Shown one piece after another: positions 54,585 to 61,134 of a stretch of 64,000 nt of DNA; within the stretch, counting starts at the first letter, position 1; each line of letters opens with the position of its first letter. A program made the translations under genes and the position numbers. Origin of the DNA: Octopus sinensis (taxonomy: Eukaryota); NCBI RefSeq assembly GCF_006345805.1, contig NC_043001.1:29512001-29576000 (forward strand), given 5' to 3'. A model generated the notes under the pieces. It worked only from the letters and a program-made list of their open reading frames with translations, made no database searches and was not told the origin of the DNA.

Positions 54585-57500
54585 GATATATGTCTGTATA
54601 TATGTGTTTATGTGTTTGTGTCTGTGTTTGTCTCAACTCACCACTTGCAAGTGGTGTTGGTTTGTTTACTACCCTATAATTTTACTGTTTGGCAAAGTGG
54701 CCAATACAATAAGCACCAGACTTTAAAAAAAAAAAAAAGTACTGGTTTCAATTTGTTTGACTAAAACCCTTCATGGCAATACTCCAGCATGGCCACAGTC
54801 CAATGACTGAAACAAGTTAGAGATAAGAAATGATAAGATGTTAGTTAATCCCTTACAGGTGGTTTTTCATGCATGAAGAATTAAACTCTGCTATTGTCAG
54901 ACAATATAGCAGACATCAATGTTACAAATGTTACAATCCACTACTGCTTACAGCTGTGAATTATACCGATCTATAATACCTCCTTAGAACTAGGTGAGCA
55001 GAAGCATTGCAGCTTGTGTGTCTTGGCTGCAGACACATTACAGTGATTGCTGTTGTTTAGCTCCAAGTCAGCTCTACTAAGCATTTCTATGGTTAATCAA
55101 TGGCCATTTCATTTTTCTCTTATTTTCTTTGCAGACGCCATGTATCTTGAACTACATTGTGTCTAGTCAACACATCTTCCCTTTTTAAGACATTACATTT
55201 ACAAAAGAGTTGGGTGCTATTTCTAGCTTCATCAACTCATTAATACAGCAGTAGTGACAAAATATAAACCTCTAGTTGCCTGATATTCTTGCAGTTCAAC
55301 AATCCATATTCTCTCACCCTTCTTTTTTTAGTTGATACACATTTTCCATGATTCTTGAAGCATAGAACAATAGGTTAAAGTTCCTATATACTAAGAGCAT
55401 GTCTAATATAATAAAAATCTTTGTCGTTATTTGGGCCTTTTGCAGTTTTTTGCTATATTTGTTCCATTACATTATTCTATGAAGAAATATCAAATACTAA
55501 CCACAAACTTAATAATATTGGTTGATACTAAATCAGCTGTAGGTTTCAGAAATACTGATCCAGTGTTAGAGTCAATCCTGAGGTAGTCAGGTGCCTTATC
55601 ATCTCCTATTACTTCATAAGTGATTTTATTGAATTTATTGAAATTGTTCTGAAAAACAAAAAGTAGAGAAATTAATTAATAAATAAAAAGATGACGACAA
55701 AAAATTGTTATTTTCATTGTTTACTTATCTAGAAATCATGAATATCATACTTTTAATTTTTTTTCCTAGTTTTAATAATTTGTTATTGATTCTCAGTGTA
55801 TGTGTGAGCGCTACAATGTTTGAGGTCGGATGTATATATGCATGCATCTGCGGCTTTCAAGTTACATATAGAGAAAAAGGAATAAAAGGAAGGAACAACA
55901 GGAGAGAATGAGATAGGAAGGTTATTTGCAATGAAAAAAAATTATCCATTACATTGTAGACAACTTGTATGTGGAAATGATACATGGCCTTCTATTAATG
56001 TTGGTTTAAATAGATATATATATGCAATACATGTATTGAATATTTGTGCATGCTGGTGGTATGTAAAAGGCACCATCTGAATGTGGCCGATGCCAGCGCT
56101 GCCTTGACTGGCTTCCGTGCCGGTGGCATGTAAAAAGCACCAACCAATCATGGCCATTGCCAGCCTCCCCTGGCACGTAAAAAGCACCCACTACACTCAT
56201 GGAGTGGTTGGTGTTAGGAAGGGCATCCAGCTGTAGAAACACTGCCAGATCAGACTGGAACCTAGTGCAGCCTCCTGGCTTCCCAGACCCCGGTCAAACA
56301 GTCTAACCCATGCTAGCATGGAAAACGGACATTAAGCAATGATGATGATGATGATGATGATTTTAGCTGTAGTTTCATAATTAAAAAACAGAAAAGAACA
56401 GAATTAGAATACAAGGAAACTACTGAGAATCTGCATCATATTCATGAAAAGATATTAACAGAGTTCACAAAATGGAATAAGTTTTTACATAGTGATCAAT
56501 GTTTTAATTAATCTCAGATAACAGTATGATTGCAGTCTTAATGATTTTATTGATTTGAAACCAATTCACTGATTCATACAAATTGCTATTAAAATATACC
56601 CTGATATGGTTTATCGCTGATGACTGGCATCAGTGCTAGCGGGGTGCAAAGAGCACCATCCGAGCATGATCATTGCCAGAGCAGCTAACTGGCTTCTGTG
56701 CTTGTAGCACGTAAAAAGCACCATTCGAGCGTGATCGTTACCATCATCGCCTTACTGGCACCTGTACCGGTGGCATGTGTAAAAAAATTTGAGCGGGGTC
56801 ATTGCCAGTACCGCCTGACTGGCCCCCGTGCTGGTGGCATGTAAAAAGCACCCACTACACTCTCAGAGTGGTTGGTATTAGGAAGGGCATCCAGCTGTAG
56901 AAACTCTGCCAGATCAAGATTGGAGCCTGGTGCAGCCATCTGGTTCGCCAGCCCTCAGTCAAAATCGTCCAACCCATGTTAGCATGGAAAGCGGACGTTA
57001 AATGATGATGAGGACAATTTATATCTGGGATTTCAAAAAATCCTTTATGGTTCACACACCACATGACTCAACATCCACTTCTCCCTCCTGCACTAACCTT
57101 AGCATTATCTGAAAGGAGTCAGAATTATTCAATGTCCCTTAAATTGGATGCAACCAGTACTTCCTCTGAAATTACGTTGACCCAAAGCCAGCAATTTTAG
57201 GAGAAGGGATGAGTTGATTTTAATGGCTCCAGTATTCAACTAATCAACCCCGAAAGGATGAAAAGCATAGTCAACCCTGGCAGCATTTGAACTCAGGACA
57301 TAAAGACAGATGAAATGCTACTAATCATATTGTGGAGGCACATGGCCTAGTGGTTAGAGCAGTGGACTCGCAGTCGAGGGATCACAGGTTCGAATTTCCG
57401 ACCGGGTGATGTGTGTGCGTTTATGAGCGAAACACTTAAGCTCCACACGGCTCCGGCAGAAGGTAATGGCGAACTTCTGCTGACTCTTTCGCCACAACTT

Positions 57501-59559
57501 TCTCTCACTCTTTCCTCCTGCATCTTGCAGCTCATCTGCGACGGACCGGCGTCCCGTCCGGGTGGGGAACCTATACGCCAAGGAAACCAGAAAACCGGCC
57601 CTTATGAGCCAGGCATGGCTCAAGAAGGAACAAACAACAATAACTAATCATTTTACTTGGTGGGCTAACAATTCTGCCTGTTCGCCACCTTTTCTCCTGA
57701 AATTATATTATTAGAAGTGGAGAATTTCTAAAGTTTCCAACTTTGTATTTGTATACTAAAGAAATATAGTTGAGAGAGGATAAGAACATAAAAAACATGT
57801 AAAACATTTTTTAATTTGACCATAAATGGTATTGTCTAAGTGTTTAGAAGCTTGTGTTTATACTGACATTTGAAAATAAATTAGACATCAAGACTTACTA
57901 TATCCCTGTCTGTTGCCACCATGCTGAGAAGAGCATTAGCTTTATTAAAATTTTCTTCTATGGTAACCGAGTAGTTTAATCCAAAAACAGGAGAGAAGTT
58001 ATTACGAACTACATTGACTGTAATAGTTGTAGAAGCTTCAACTGTTGGTGCACGGGTATCAGCAACAATGGCTTGGAACTGCATGAAGAAAATAAACATA
58101 TATAACAAGAAACATTAGATACTGATGTTTATTTATTTTTTTTTGCAAAGCTCTAGACAAAAATACTTGTTACAATATATTTACTTATACATGGTATTTT
58201 TCGTTTTATATATATATGTATGTGTGTGTGCGTATGTGTGTATCTGTATATTTTTCAATAAATATTTGAAATCTGATGAGTACTACACTATGTATGAAAG
58301 TGCTAATTTTATTAAAATACTATAATAAAAAACGGGAAAAGCAAACTATGTTTAGCTTTATTCAACTAAAATATGTGTGTGTGTGTATGTGTTATATACA
58401 GCTTAGAGACCCATGAAAAATTGATTGTGACCATGGCTTTTAATGGAAGAGCAGTCATGATTATGAATGACAAAGCTTCTGTAAGCATCCCAAATATATC
58501 TGAAGGTGAATGAAGCCTGCCTCTGCAGAATGGCCCAGCAGCTATAGAGTATATCTTTTTCAAAGAAAAACACATTGATTCTAAGAAGAAAATCATTATT
58601 TATTTTGCCATCACATGTTGAAAATATATGTTTAAGAAGAAATAAACAGTCAGGACTTACTGTGTAAGAGTTTGCAATTTCAGTATACAGCGCTCTCTGT
58701 ACTCTTATTTTCCCACTTTGTATAATATCAAAGAGCTTTAATGCAGTAGCATCTCCTTTCAGACTGAAGTTTTGATATTGTGTTGGTGTCTGTTACATAT
58801 AAAAGAGCATTTAAAAATTTATTTTCTCTAAATTCAGCATCAATGATTTGATCAAAGTTTTCATCAGATAAAATTTTTTAATATATATTTTATTGTGGTT
58901 AGTTAAAATCAGGATAAGAATTATATGAAGAAACAATAGCATAATGTAATTACATTAATTAATTCAGATTGTTAATCAAATATTATGTTTAGAATATGGT
59001 GAAACTTGGTATTTATTAAATTTTTAGTGTAATGACTCCCTTTGGCTTATAATACGTATAGACAGTTGATGTGATTTCAGAAAGATTTCACTAAAATTTC
59101 TCTAAATATCAGTCATGTTATTTTCACTTGAATCTAAGGCTTTATTTTCATTAAACAATAATCTAATAGTATATAAATGTATGGTTTTCATTTAGTTATT
59201 TCAAGAAAATGTAAAAGTTTCTACAGGGTCATCAGCTCTGCTAGAAGAAGCAGCCAGTTGTCCCTCAAATTATACTCTTCCAACTCAAAATGCAGCCCTT
59301 GATGTACAGTGTTTGAAAAAATGATGAGATAGTCAAGGCAGAGATGTTCATAAATATACAATATTTATTTATGTATGCTGCAAGAAATTAACAAAGAATA
59401 TTGACCCGACTCCCTAAAAAAAATAAAAGAGGATGAAAGAGAGTACTTGATTTGGACTTTATTTTATAGACCCTGAAAGGAAAAAATATTTGGTGGGACT
59501 TGAACTCAGAATATAAAGAACCTTAACAAAATACTGCATGGCATTTTAGCTGATGCTCC

Positions 59560-59598
<39 letters not shown>

Positions 59599-59962
59599 CT
59601 TTTCTTCTATGGGTGGGTACAAGGTCAGAAAGTTTTGCGGGAAGGTTGTTAGTCGATTAAATCAACCTTGGTACTCAAATGGTATTTATTTTATTGGTCC
59701 CAAAATGTAAAGAGGATTGAAATACTGCCAAGCATTTTATCTGGCATGCTAACAATTCTGCCAACTTAGTGCCTTAATAATGATAGTGATAATAATAATA
59801 ATGATATTAATAATAATCCTTTCTACGGGAGGCACAAGGCCTTAAATTTTGGGGGAGGAGACTAATTGATTACATTGACTCCAGTGTTTACATTGGTACT
59901 TAATTTATCAGTCCCGAAAGGATGAAAGGTAAAATCAACCTCAGTGGAACTGAACTCAGAAC

Positions 59963-60035
<73 letters not shown>

Positions 60036-60251
60036 TATGGGTTTTTCTTCTTCTTTCAAATTTGCTTCCATTTCTTGCCAAATGTCTTCCCGACTCCTAG
60101 GGCAAAGAAACTCATAGTATACATTGGTAGGCCATTAAACTAAATCACTAGTTCGTTCATTTTTTTTTTTTTTGATAGAAATAAAGTTAAATTAAAATGC
60201 ATGGGTAGTAATAGTTCTCACATCGACAATGCTCTTCTCAATACGTGTGAT

Positions 60252-60285
<34 letters not shown>

Positions 60286-61102
60286 GGTGGCGAGCTGGCA
60301 GAATCGTTAGCACACCAGGCAAAATGCTTCATAGTATTTCATCCGACTTCAAATATTATTATTATTATCTCAACCATATCTCAAAGAACTTCAAAAAAAG
60401 ACTGTGCTGACAAGTACTACCCACATTCTTAGAAAAACACATTCAACTTAAATATGTATGTTGTATTATATGAAGGACTAACTTCTCCTCCACAAGGTTT
60501 CAGTTATATATCAACGTCTCTTAAACTTCACTTGCCCTAGGGCACTGGGTGTGTCCCAGCAAGTGATTGCATCAAACATGCATATTTAAAAGAAAAATGA
60601 TAATAGTAATGATAATAATAATAGCAAATAATTCCTACTTACATTTTGTACAACCAAATCAAGAATGTTGGAGCCAACTGTTTCTGTTTCAAGAACTTCT
60701 ATATTGTACACACTTTGTTGGAAACTTGGAGCTGGCACATTCTGTGCCAACTTTATCGTAGCTAATGTGGTATTTGAAAGGTATGGTGATCCATTGTCTC
60801 TTGCAAATATTCGAACCTAAAACATTAAAAAAAATATACTCAAATTAAGTTTAATGATAAATCTCACTGTAAAATTAAACTGGTTTACTCTTTTACTCTT
60901 TTACTTGTTTCAGTCATTTGACTGCGGTCATGCTGGAGCACCACCTTTAGTCGAAACAAATCGACCCCAGGACTTATTCTTTGTAACTCTAGTAATTATT
61001 CTATCAGACTCTTTTGCCGAACCGCTAAGTTATGGGGACGTAAACACACCAGCATCGGTTGTCAAGTGATGTTGGAGAGACAAACACAGATACACAACAT
61101 AT

Positions 61103-61134
<32 letters not shown>

